A stretch of 64,000 bases of DNA, taken from Camelus ferus (lineage: Eukaryota). Position numbers and translations under genes: made by a program. The stretch spans positions 51,462,001 through 51,526,000 of the forward strand of contig NC_045696.1 in the NCBI RefSeq assembly GCF_009834535.1, given 5' to 3'. The notes under the pieces were generated by a model. That model saw only the letters and a program-made list of their open reading frames with translations. It searched no databases and had not been told where the DNA came from. Below, in pieces: positions 1 to 12,080 of the stretch; the first letter of the stretch is position 1; every line of letters starts with the position of its first letter.

Positions 1-409
1 TCTCCAAACCCTCAGCCCTGGATTACCAGGGTGCTGAATTGGGGAGTTTAAAATAAGAGACCCTTTCAATTAAGTAAAACCCTTAAGAGGAAAACAATCA
101 ACTTTTTTACAAATCCCAGGAATAGAAACAGCTTTTTGATTTTCCACCTTTTAATTCTGCCTAAATATAGATTCTAGAGCCCATGAGGATCTAATTTTGG
201 GGAAAAAAAGAGAAAGAGAACAGGTTTCTACTGACCAGAAAATAAGGAGAAAATGAACACAGTTTCCTTAGGGGTTCAGGTTTTTAAATAAGAGAGGGTT
301 CAGAGTTTTAATGCGTATTCTTAGAGAACCACGGAACCCCAAGCTGATTAAATAACCTGTCAGAAAAACACTGTGTTTTAAATTAGAAACAGAAAGAGAA
401 ATTACTTAC

Positions 410-471
410 CCTGGAAATTTCTTCTGGTTTCTGGAGACCGTGGGGTTTAGCACCTCAGGTCCTGCAGCCAT
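410..471 (-). CDS. Candidate first coding exon segment of an unidentified minus-strand gene (MAAGPEVLNPTVSRNQKKFP, phase-2 donor)
   Basis: ATG at 471 in strong Kozak context (AAAATGG-like: A at -3, G at +4), open to a consensus donor CAGG|GTAAGT at 409; two more donor-like sites at 490 and 510; non-repetitive surroundings. Protein not recognised. Confidence 0.3.
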
Positions 472-1624
472 TTACTGACAGCAGACATACCCAAGCAAAG
501 CAAACTTTACCTTTCCCAGGACACAGAAGCTGTGAAAATAAGCAGAAAGAAAATCACCCATTTTTGCCTCTAAGGTGAAATCACTTGTATGCTGCTCTTC
601 CAGCTTCCCTATTAGACCTTACTGCATGTTTCATAGCTGCTTTTGAATGCATCGTTTTCTCTAGAGGATTTGGGAGGGACCCTAACTGAGTGTTGCTTGG
701 GTCAGCCCTTCAGAGGCTCTGTCCTTGGTGCTGAAAGAGAGTTGTGGCAGGCAGAAGCAGGATCCGTTTTCTACCTCGCTCTCCTCTCTTCCCTCTGCCT
801 CTATGTGCTCGGTGCTATGCTTTTTAGTACATGTGTGTTTCCCCTTCAGTGCTCTTTTGAATCCCAGTTTTTCCATTGTCTTTACTTCTATACTTTAATT
901 TCTCTTGAATAATTTTCACCTTCCTCAGTTTAATTCTCATTCCGGCTTTTGGTGGGTGTAAAGATGATTGGTATAGAAGAAGGAACAGATCAACAAATTG
1001 ATACAAGTGGTTAATAGAAATCAGTACAATTTAAAACACAATTGACAGAGTAATTGAACTTGGAGGTGTAAGCCTGTCTTGGAAAGTAACGTTAAAGGAA
1101 ATATATTACAGTGGGTGCAAAACTGAGGCATGAAGTATAACTAGTGATAAAGATGAAATAAGCTTGATACTGTGAGAAATGTTAAAGGTTTATTTAACAG
1201 GACTCCTTGTTTTCAGAGAACTTTACAAAAATATTGGCCAATTCATTCTTACTGCTCCTCTGAGATACATGCGAGTATTATTTCTTCATTTAACTTTAGA
1301 CCTGGCTAAAGGGAGATGCAATGAAGGGCAATGTCTGTGAAAGTCAGTCTCTGAGGCAACAGTAGAATTTAGACAATCTTCATTCATGGGCACCTTCTCT
1401 TATAATATTTAACCATAGAATCCTAACTATTCCCTACTCTCTTGTTTTTGATTTCTTCTCCTTCCTTCAGAAAGTGTGGTAATTCTTTCACCACTTTCTC
1501 TGCCAGTAGTCCATTTGCTTGGCAGCTGCAGGGCAGACTGTCCTGGGGAAGCTAGTCCTAGTCTGACAATGATGGAGACCTCTTCTGGCTGAGAAAAGCA
1601 GCAGCAACATGGTCTAAATACTGC

Positions 1625-1880
1625 TATTAATAACAGCTATCATTTATTGAGCACATTCTATTAGCCAGTCATTTTAACGCATTCTCTCTTTTAATCTTTC
1701 AACAACCCTAAAAGGTAGGTACTGCTTTTACATCTATAATTTATATATAGGATAATAGAAGCTTAGAGAAGTTGAAATTATTTCTGAAAGTCACACAGCT
1801 AACAAGTAGTTAGCTAGAGCCAGAATTTGGATCTAGACATCTTAATTCTGGAGCATGTTCTCTTAACTGCTATGCTACAT
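1625..1880 (-). mobile_element. MIR SINE
   Basis: Reverse-complement MIR hallmarks (catttattgagc...aacaaccct...ggtaggtact...gtcacacagct...ttaactgctatgct). Confidence 0.85.
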
Positions 1881-2076
1881 TTCTCCCAAAGGTGGAAAAC
1901 ATAGATTTCCTGGGAGACTGACAATATGTCATAGAGAGTAAGAGTTATGATGACAAAAATGATGATATCAATGATACAATATTGTTATGGTGACTTACAA
2001 TTTATGAGGCATTTTCTAATTCATGTTCCCATCTACATCTTACATAAATCCTCCTGATGCCCATTTCTACAGAGGT

Positions 2077-2463
2077 TATTTTGGGTTGAATTGTATGCCT
2101 CCTAAATGCATATGTTGAAGCCTTAACCTCAGAATGTGATTATATTTGGAGATAAGGCCTTTAAAGAAGTTATCAAGTAAAAATGAGGCTGTTACGGTAT
2201 GCCCTTATCCAGTCTGACTGGTGTCCTTATAAGAAGAGGGGGAGACACCGGGGTGACACATACAGAGGAAAGGCCATGCACGTGAGGACACAGCAAGGAG
2301 GTAGCGTTCTGCAAGCCAAGAAGAGAGTCCTTAGGAGAAACTAAACTTGCCAACAAGTTGATTTTGAACTTCTAGCCTCCAGGATTGTGAGAAAATTAAT
2401 TTGTGTTGTTTAAGCCACCCAGTCTGTGGGATTTTGCTGTGTAAACCCTAGCAAACTAATACC
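2077..2463 (+). mobile_element. MLT1B-like MaLR solo LTR inserted into a MIR fragment
   Basis: gggttgaattgt...atatgttgaag...tttaagccacccagtctgtgg...ctagcaaactaatac; 5-bp TSD GAGGT at 2072-2076 and 2464-2468; MIR sequence on both flanks. Confidence 0.9.
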
Positions 2464-4519
2464 GAGGTTTAGTGAGGTCAGGTGACATATTCAAGGTTGC
2501 TCATGATTTATGGGGCATAAATGTACCGATATGTGGCATAACTATATTGAGCATGCCCTAAAACTGGAGCTCCCAGCTTGAATGTAAATCCCCAGAGTCT
2601 TCTTTCCTTGGATTTGAGGACCAAGAAGATATGCACTGTCAAGGTTTGGCCTGCCAGATATGCAAAAGCAGAGAGTGTGAGTAGAATTAAGCAGAGTCAT
2701 ATTGAAGAACTCAGGGCCTTAATTGCTCATTTTCAGCATCATGGTTCCACTTTGAGTATCCTATGTTTATTTTCTTTACCATTTGATGATAACTCTGCCT
2801 GATAATGCATGAATGAAGCAGGAAAGCTCATATTTCTAAACCTTCAGTGTTGAGAGTATGTGATGTATCCTCACAGAGGACATATAAATGTGGTGGGCAA
2901 AATTTTCCTCAGCATTTTTGTAATGCCTTCTTTGGCAAAGTTCAAAGGACGAGAAAGAGGGATAAAGTCTTATTCTAATTCTATGCAGGAGCAACAGATA
3001 GAGAAATTAACTGATGTGCACAAAGTCACACATCTAGGCAGCCAACTCAGTCTCCACTCAGCTGTCTCTCTGGTAGATTCCCTGACTGCCTTGGAGACGG
3101 GAAGGGAATGGTGAATGAGGGGGGTCCTTTCTCTCAGAACAGCAGTGTAGGTGAAGATCAGCAATTGCTCCTTTTAGTCTAACACTTTTCATTCATACAA
3201 CACTGAACAAGTTTCATTCTTTCAAGTAAATGGAACTCTTATTCATGGTTGACATTGAAGATTTTGAGATCTGCCTTGAGGGAAGGACTCCAGAACGCCT
3301 ACAGAACAGACATGCTTGGGCAGAAATCAAGAAAAATACAGATCATTCTCTTCATTTTCCTTCCAGGAGCCCATCTCAATAGCATGACTGGAACATTCTC
3401 CTGTGCCAGTCAAACCTGCTTCATCAGGGAAGTCTATCCTTTGAACCTGAGCTGGGAGGTTTAGAGCCAGAGTTGAGAGGTAATGGGTTTCTGATACATG
3501 GGCAGGCTCAGTGGTTTTGTTTGAAAGAGAATTGGTGTGATATATTACCTTCTAGTCTTTGAAATGCTGCTCCGAGGTAGCAGTTCTTTAGTTTCATCAC
3601 AGGAATCTTGCCTTCAGCACCAAACATTGAGTGAAACGTGACTTTCTCACATTGCTTTAAACTGCCACAGAGCTCACACTCAGCAGGACTGTATGGAGAC
3701 CAAATGAGGCTGTGTGGGGAGCCAATTTTCAGGACCCTGAATGAACAGAGGGACATTTTGTTTCCTTGTATCAACATGACTAGCATTTCTTACTGTGAAC
3801 TGATAGATTTGATTATCGTGATGATCTTAAATTGCATGAATACTATCAAAGAATAGCCCTTTGCTGTGCTTTTCACTGGATTCAGGCCTCACGTTGTAGA
3901 TTGCAAATATAATTTGGCAAATACAGTAAGTGGACCAAGCAATATGGTTGCTTCTTCCCAAGCCAACCCCCATTGCTCGCTGATAACACTGTAGTCTTCC
4001 CATAGATGAGAAAGCCTTAGGTTTTATGTTTGAACTCACTCTGCTGCTGTAATAAATTTATTGAAAGAGAAAAATAGCTCAACTTATTTATTATTGTCTA
4101 GTACTGGGCTCCAGTCTATCTTTTACAAGAGAATAGCAACAAGTTACAGAGGAAGCTTCCCAACCAATCAGATTAGTACCCTCTCCACTCTTTTACAAAT
4201 AGATTAAGAAGGAAGTAAATAAGTGACATTGTCTTATGTTTGCATCAACTTTTCTGTGTGCTTGCAGGTTACTTTCTTTTTATGCTTCCATCTTCATTTG
4301 TCCACCTATTTTCTTCCTGTTTTTCCTACCCTCCATCAGATAATCTTTCATTCCTTTACCTTTTTCTCATCCCCCCTCCTCAATATTCTATTTCTTTTTT
4401 CTTCCCCCAAATACATGTATATATTGGGGAAGAAATGGGATTGGGTGTGGGCTAGAAATAGAGAAATTTGTATCTTAATTACTTTGTCATTTGTTTAGAA
4501 AGGACTTTGGGTTGATGAG

Positions 4520-5055
4520 TATGGCAGGTTGTATCTCCTAAAGATGATCACAATGATATCACCCATCCTTCACGCTCTCCTGGAACCTTGCCACTCCACC
4601 ATCAAGAGGTGGAGTCTATGTCTCTCTTCTTGAATCTGGTAGGCCTTTGTAACTGCCTTGACTAATAGAATGTGGCAGAGGTGATGCTATGTGATTTCCA
4701 ACGTCAGGCTCTGAAAATGCCATGTACTTCCATTTTGTTCTCTTGAGACACTTGCTCTTGGAACTCAGTCACCATGCTGTGAGAAAGCCCGGGTAGCCCC
4801 TGCAGGGATTTACATGGTGGGGAATCGAGACAGTTGTCCCACAGCCCTGGCTGAGCTTTCAGCTGAAAGCCAGTATCCACTTGCCAGGCATGAGAGTCAT
4901 TTTGTAAGTGGCTCCTCCAGTCTCCAGTTGATGCCATGTAGAGTGAGATAAGCTATCTCTGCAAAGCTCTGCCCAAATTTCAGATTCATGAGCACAATAA
5001 ATGTTTGATACTGTTTTAAGCCAATACTTTCATTGTATAGCAGTAAGTATTACAC
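4520..5055 (+). mobile_element. MLT1H/G-like MaLR LTR
   Basis: ccatcaagaggtggagtctat...cttgaatctgg...aatagaatgtggcaga...ttttaagcca motifs. Confidence 0.8.
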
Positions 5056-5211
5056 TGAGATTCAGTCTTTCTAGAACTTGTCATACTTAGTGTTCAAAGG
5101 AACACATCTCAAATTCTATCAAGTCCCATCACATTTTGAAGCAATCGCCATATAATTATTTAGTGTGTTTTGTTTGAATCTCATATGCTTTTAGGTACCG
5201 ATTTTATAAAA

Positions 5212-5378
5212 CTGTGTTACTCAAAGTGTGGGCCATGTACCAGGAGCAGCAATAATAGCTTCACTTAGGAAGTTGTTAGAAATGGAAAATCTTGAGTACG
5301 ACCCCAGACTTGCTGAATCTAGAATCTGCATCTTTACAAGATGCTCAGGTTATTCATTAAAATTTGAGACACACTAGT
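5212..5378. mobile_element. MER5A-like hAT-Charlie MITE
   Basis: ctcaaagtgtgg...ttgttagaaat...ccccagacttgctgaatc...aatctgcat...tttgaga. Confidence 0.75.
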
Positions 5379-5561
5379 CTAAAGAACAAACCCTTAAAAG
5401 AGATGCAGTTATAGACACTACATGAAGAGCATATTATTTGGTTTCCACTTGTTTTTATTGCTTCCCTGGGAATCAGGAGGCTGTATGTGTGTGTGTCGGG
5501 GGTGGGGTGGGGGGGAGATGAGGGAGATGGAGGAGAAATGTTGTGACAGAAGTAGAAATAG

Positions 5562-5682
5562 GGAGGAGGGTATAGCTCAAGTGGTAAAGCGCATGCTTAG
5601 CATGCACGAGGTCCTGGGTTCAATCCCCCATACCTCCTCCAAACATAAAGAAATGAATAAACCTAATACCTCAAGAAGAAGA
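5562..5682 (+). mobile_element. tRNA-Ala-derived SINE (camelid vic-1-like)
   Basis: GGGTATAGCTCAAGTGG (A box)...GGTTCAATCCC (B box), A-rich tail; perfect 14-bp TSD AGAAGTAGAAATAG at 5548-5561 and 5683-5696. Confidence 0.92.
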
Positions 5683-6869
5683 AGAAGTAGAAATAGCTGG
5701 GAAAGCAAGAATCTGGGAGCCCAAAAGGGGCTGAGAAACTCTAGACTGGGTGAGGCATATTTCAACTATTTTCATTAATGGGTGAGGGACATTATGGGGA
5801 ATAAGATGGAGGGACAGGAGAGGTTCTTCAACTTTTTCATAGTTGACAACATTCTATTATAGACTAGGTTCTGCTTTTCTTTTTTGCAGTTACCTGCATA
5901 TATATATGAAAAATAGATGTTTATTTTGTAAAAATATAGTTTTAAACCCTTTCTCAGGAGGAAATGTTCTCTAAGATTAGAAATGACTATGATTACTGTT
6001 GTCATAAACTGAGGTTGGAGTGTTCACACACCATGCCTGTCTTGGGTAGGTGCCTTTGTAATAGTTTGATCCCTGCCCTAGAGCACAAAGGAGCTCCTTT
6101 ATCTTCATATCTGATTTTTTCAAGATTCTCAGCATGTATAAAGTATATTTGCAGTCCACTCTCTATGGGCTACATTTTTCTAATCCTCAAAAGTTCAGTT
6201 CTCCCCAGTAGACAGGACTTGTAGAACTTTGTATGTTAATGACAATAATCTTGCATTCAGTGGTAGCTTTTGTCCCCTCCACAGTCCCTTTGCAAACTTG
6301 TCATTGATGTCCAGATATCCTAGTTCACTGCCATGATTGAAATACAGTCATTCCCAGAGTAAAGAAAAATGACAGACTATTACAAAGTAGCTGGTTTGAA
6401 GAGGACAAATATTAGCATCTAAACACGGGTATTTGGTGTCACTAGAACTCCTGGGGGAATTTTTAAAAATTCAGATTTATTGGGATGGCATTCCTAGTCC
6501 TAGAAATGCTCATTTCCTCCTCTTTCCTATCTTATTTTCTCTTAAGAGAGGGTTTCTTTCCCAAACTGGCTTTCAATTGTCCTATGGATGTTACAACTAT
6601 TTCAAGGATGCCATATTAAAGTGCTGATGGTCATCAGTTTCTGGTAACATTAGGGTACTTAGTGGACCCATAACTGGTAGCTCAGGCACATGGATTGTGC
6701 TTGTACCCATCCTGATTACAGCCCTGAAATGAGATACTAGAGAATTTCAATGTAGTCATGCTGCCTATGCCTTAGGAAGAGGAAAGAAGAAAATATGGGG
6801 TATGCTCCTCTCTCCACAAAGGTATCCCAGTGTGCTTCCTAAAATATAAGGGACAGAATCAAGTTTATT

Positions 6870-7350
6870 GTTTTGGCTGGGGCTTTGACAAACAACAGAA
6901 AACCCTTTTCTCAACTGAATTAAATGTTAAGGAGTTGATTATCTCTTGTAAGATGTGCAGAAGTAGGTGACTTTACACTAATTAATTAGGGATCATTTTT
7001 ATCTTTCTGCTCTGCCAATCTCAGCATACAGGTCTTGTTCTCAGGCTGGCTTGCCTAATGGTCACATGATAGCTGCAGCAGCTCCAGGTGTTCATATTTC
7101 TACAACAACATCCAGAAGTGAAGAGACCTGCTTTTGAGATTAGGAAACCCATTCCAAGCAGTTCCACACCAAATTCTCTTTATGTTTCATTTGCCAGATT
7201 TATATCATATGTCCATGCTTGAACCAATCACTAGCAAAGGGAATGGAAACACTGCTATTGACAGATTTATCAGGATATTCTCCTGAGTCACAGGGAAAAG
7301 CTTGGATAACTGAATAAAACATGAGGTTTTGCTAACAAGGAAGAAGGTAG
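6870..7350 (-). mobile_element. Old MaLR LTR (MLT1K/L-like)
   Basis: aacagaaaaccc...gatagctgcagcagctccagg...tcatttgccaga...tgaaccaatcactagcaaagggaatgg pattern. Confidence 0.6.
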
Positions 7351-7829
7351 AAAGTGGCAAATGGCTACCCTTGAGATTAAATGAACCCCCATGTTAAAGA
7401 GAATAATCTAAAATGCTATAAGGAATATCATTACAGCATTAAAATGATTTTAAAAAGAATAACAATAATCATGCCACTCAAATTAATTTCATTTTGCAAA
7501 TTTTATTTATCTTTGTCCACACGCACACCTACTTTTACATAGCTGAAATCTTAATTTTGTAGTCATTGTTTATTATGTAAAGAAATTGTGAGTAATATAT
7601 GTTTACATTTTACATTGCTGTTATATTTAATGACTAAATTCCCTTTTAGTTATTTAGTCATGTCATCCTGAGTTGACATAACATTTTAATCCAGCGTCTA
7701 TCGTTTGAATCTTTTACTGTTATTAATATCACTGTGATAAAGCTTTAAACTGATATTTATATTAAGCAAACATGAAGTGTAAGGTTGTTACTAACACACA
7801 GGAAAAGTGATGGTAAGTAGCTGAAAAAT

Positions 7830-7985
7830 CATCAGACTTGGAGACTAGAGCTTTGTCTCTGCTATGTGCTTGCTGTGTGCCATTTGACTGGTTTATCAAC
7901 TTTTGGCCTCCAGTTCTTTCACTTGGAAAGATGAAGTTGGAAAAAATAAGTTCTAAGATCATTTCCAGCCCTAACTGTCCATAAT
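7830..7985 (+). mobile_element. MIR3-like SINE
   Basis: gctgtgtg...cagtt...tctaagatcatttccagccctaa 3' end. Confidence 0.6.
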
Positions 7986-9069
7986 TTTATGAATTCTAAG
8001 ATTCTTTGGAAAGCATCAGTGCTTGGGCCTCAGGCTAGGGTACGTACTTAATAGAGGCAAAGAGATTGAAAACTGGTGGCCACGTTGTGCCCGGTCACAT
8101 TTAACTTGGGTTTAGCCAGCACATTTTTATGTAAAGTGAATGCAAATGTTTTTTAGAGAGAGCAGGCACTGTCCATTCTGGCCGTAGTTTTCTCAGCTCT
8201 GTCATTTCACACTTTCTACTTTCAGGGCTACCCAGTTGCCCCGAAGGGCTTTGAGTTTGCAGCTTCTGGAAGGACGTAAGACTGTAGTGGTTAAATAAAT
8301 CACCCACCTGAACCCAGCACCCAGGTTTCCATGGAAGTCTTCCTTCGGAGGACTGTGAAAGGCAGCCTTACTTGTTTGCAAGATCTATTGATGGTTTCCA
8401 TGCTATGCACATAAACACCTTGTCAGGCACCAGAGACAGGTTGGAGAGGATGATTGATGGGAGTGGGCTTGTGAAATCACACCTGCTGTCACAGCAGATG
8501 GGGAAAGAAGCCGGAGTCACCTGTGGAGTTGCTGATCTTTTTTGAAAATTCACTTCTAAAAACGTTACTTTAGCTCTTTTACATACTTTGGAAAGAGCTA
8601 GTATTACAAACCAGACGCTAGGGGAACGACTACTGTATGAGTTTTCAGGAGTATAATTTCAGTAAAACAGCAAGAAGCCTTCACCAACCAGGTGAACTGG
8701 TGTTTGAGCTCCAGGGTGGTAAAGCAACTCTTTTTTTGCCAAGCAAAAAAAAAATGTCATTCAAGCTGCAGTTTCTGGCTGGCTGCCCGCTGGCCATATA
8801 GGCCTGTCCTCAGTTATTTTATCCCAATCCATGCAGAGCATTGCCTTTGGAGCACAGAATGCAATCCAGAGAGGGAAAAAGAGAGAAAATAACTATGCAC
8901 AGAGAAAAACCAATGAATGGGCCATGGGAAGCATGGACCATTACACCAAGAGGGAATCCATGTGGATCTGAGGAAATGCTCTGAGGTCTGCGTTTTGACC
9001 TCATTTGTCGTTGGCCCTGTTCTACACAACTTCGCCTCATGTTATGCTAATTTTACCTGATAGCCAGTT

Positions 9070-10260
9070 AAGAAAATTCATTCAACAGCCAGTTACTGAG
9101 TTTATGCTACATTCATTGCACTGTTTCATGGAAGGCACAAAAATGTGTGTTTGGGTGGGTAGAACATGCACAGGCCCTCAGCTAAGAAGCAAGGGAAGAG
9201 TTTAACGGGACTAAGCAGGAGGCTTCAAGGCAGAGGACTCAAGGTGGGATATAATCAAATTCAAATGAACCCTTCAGATAGAGCTGTGTATGAGGAAGAG
9301 AGAAAGCCCACCAACTGAGTGGACTGGGAAGACTTTCCAGAGAAGCTGGAAATTGACTTGGGTGTGACAGTGCCTAGGAGTGAGGCTTGAGCTAGGGTCT
9401 GGTGAAGGAGAACAGCATCCCCGACCAGACTCCAAAGTCGCAGGCAGTTCAATTTTTCATTCATTCTCTGTTTGTTCAACAAATATTTCCTGAGCATCAA
9501 TTTGATGCCAGATCTGTTTTAGGCCTGAGGATACAGTGGATAATCATGACACACAGATCCTTCCTCTGGTAGAGGAAGAAAGAGAATGAAACCAACTAAC
9601 AAAAGAAAGTCTCAGGTAGTGGTGAGCATTACACAGAGATGTAGAGTTGGATGATGTGACAGTGATTGGGTGACTATGGTAGAGTAGGTGTTTTTCTTGC
9701 TTCTCTGAAAAGGTGATGGCTAATCTCAGATCTGAACAACAGAAAAGCAGTCAGCTGTGCAAAGGTCGGGGGAAGGGTATTCTTGGCAGAGGGAACAGCT
9801 GGTGCGGAGGCCCTGAGATGGAAACATGTTTGGCACATTTGAGAAGGCCAGTGTCACTGGAGTGTAGTGGATGACAGGAGGGTGGAACAAGGTGAGGCCG
9901 GAGAGGGAGCATGCCAGATGGTATCAGAGTTTGGATTTTATTCTAAGTGGGATGGAAGCCATTTGAAGCCTTAAGCTGAGAAATGATATATTTGATATGC
10001 AGATCTCTCTGGCTGCTGTATGAGAATGGATCACAGCAGGAGCAAGAGAAGAAGCAATGATGGGTGAAGAGGCCACTGTGGCAATCCAGAGCACGTGGGT
10101 GGTTCCTCGGACTCCACTGGTGGTGCTGGAGATGGGGGAGAGGTAAATCCATTTTGGTTAGATATAGACAGATTGGATATAGAGTTGACAGGACTTATGG
10201 ATAGACTGGATATGGGCACGAGGGAAATCGAGCTGCCAAGACAGTGATGGAATTGGACTT
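9070..10260 (-). mobile_element. L2 LINE 3' fragments (two adjacent)
   Basis: ttcattc...ttcaacaaatatttcctgagca...gatacag termini near 9076 and 9456, followed by purine-rich L2 body (ggcagagggaacagc...aaggccagtgt...tggattttattctaag). Confidence 0.8.
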
Positions 10261-10354
10261 GGTTATTAAGAATGTGCAAGCTTCTCTGAAATGCTGATGG
10301 AAACTCTGTCATCTATCATGAACAGCACTGAGGTCTCCAAACAAAAGTAAACAT

Positions 10355-10932
10355 ATTGTGGAAATAAATGAAGACCAACTAAGTGAGAAACCAAAGGCAG
10401 TTCATTCAGAGCGTGCTATGTCAAGGGAATCAGCCACTACCATGTGTGTTTTGGTAGAGGTTCAAAATTAGGCAGACACCCAAAGGCAGGCAGCTTTTTA
10501 GTGACAAAAAGGGAAGACTTCCGGCATGCCCTGGTTGGCAGCTGTTGGCATGAGGAAGCTCTAAGTGGGCTGCCGGGAAGCAGGTCGCCCTGGGTGATTC
10601 GTTAGGGGTGAATATTTGGCTTTCTCTGGTTGGTTCTAAGTTGGAAGTGGGGACAAATATTAGGGAATTCATCAAGTTATTATTGATTAGTTATTATGAT
10701 CAGTTATTAATCAAACCCTGGCCAATTTTTCTGAAGATTGTTACATATGCTTCCTGGATTGTCTCTAGAGATAGCAGCCTGACTTCCTGCAAGTCTAATT
10801 TGTAGCAAGATGGCTTCCAGAGTTATTAGAAATGATGGGTTGGTTTCCTGGACAGGTTGTTGCAGGTGGTAGGGCAAAGTTCTATTTTTATATATGGTCT
10901 GACCATTGTCTGAATGTATATTCAGTCTTTCA
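10355..10932 (-). mobile_element. ERV-type solo LTR (family uncertain)
   Basis: About 580-bp block with LTR-like composition ending in ...TTTCA; TSD not clear. Confidence 0.5.
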
Positions 10933-11239
10933 ATGTCTTGATTAAACTTATTTTTATTTTTGAAGCAGGTCATAAATTTCTATATATTCCTTTCTCCAAG
11001 CTCCTGCATATCTGCTCTCTCCACCTGTCCATGATTTCCTGTTTTTCTCTCTGTTTCAATCTCAGTTTTCTACTAGAGATTAGGCTCCCCTTCAGTGGCT
11101 TATACAGTTCTCACCTCTCTTGGGTGACTATTTTATGACAGATACTAATTGAGCTTTCAATCCCAAGACCCGGGGTTGCTTATTGACATTTATAGCCACC
11201 GATTCCAATTGTCAAAATGACATTCTCTAGGGTGCAAAG

Positions 11240-11497
11240 CATGGTTTACCAAATAGGACCAGTAGGTGCACTTTGTTACTGGTCTGAGACAAGATCAGTG
11301 CAGAAAATGAGAGTAAGCATTCTCTCAAGAAGAAACATTTATAATAATTTGACAAAATAATTTTATCTGTGTTAAACATAATATTTAAAGTTTAGACTTA
11401 TATGCTTTTTTTTTCATTTCACCAATACAGTGTATGGATTGGAAAAAAATTTTTTAAAGCCCTGAACTTTCATACATATAGTTTGAGAAGTTCTGTG
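11240..11497. mobile_element. hAT-Charlie (Charlie4-like) fragment
   Basis: ttgttactggtc...agaaaatgagagtaagcat...atagtttgagaag terminal pattern. Confidence 0.55.
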
Positions 11498-11936
11498 CTA
11501 GCTTTCTGACAGTGGCCAGCACCAGGATATCTGGCATGAGGAGAGAAGTAAAGAGGACGGCGGGCAGTTAATACTTCCGTGGGCCGTCAGGGACAATGGC
11601 TGGCCTCGCTGACGAAGGGATGCTTCTCCAGCTGGGAAGAATCCCTCTCCCCGCCTCTCAGAGGGGATTTTGAGTCAGCTGGGCCTGCATTGGACTTCTG
11701 CTTCTCAAGCTCTGCTGACACAGAGCATCCCTACTGCGTATGCGGGCCTTTATGGCTTGGTGGGCACAGGTGGGGTGGGGAGGGGTTGGGGAGGAATGCA
11801 CTTTACTTGTATCCTAACTGGAATTCTTCTCGAACACTCTCCCCTCCCCTTCCTGGGGTTTATGTGTACCTAAACCTTGGAGTCCTTCATACATTAGAGA
11901 CAAAGGGATACAATATCAAGGTCTAGCAAGGAAATA

Positions 11937-12080
11937 TTTTTTAAAAATCATTTTTATTTATTTATTTTTTGAGGGGGAGAGGTAATTAGGTTTATTCATT
12001 TTAATGGAGGTGCTGGGGATTGAACCCAGGACCTTGTGCATGCCAAGCGGGCGCTCTACCACTGAGCTACACTCTCCCTA
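11937..12080 (-). mobile_element. tRNA-derived SINE (vic-1-like)
   Basis: ggggattgaacccaggaccttgtgcatg...ctctaccactgagctac with T-rich tail on the left; AAGGAAAT on both flanks as a probable TSD. Confidence 0.9.

Noticed and set aside
5562..5640. tRNA-Ala(AGC)-like cloverleaf (also at 12005-12078, 17070-17145, 20655-20730)
   Set aside because: A-rich tails, TSDs and multiple diverged copies identify these as SINEs, not tRNA genes.
8571..8600. Inverted repeat TAGCTCTTT...AAAGAGCTA
   Set aside because: A 9-bp stem is plausible by chance in 64 kb; no other support.
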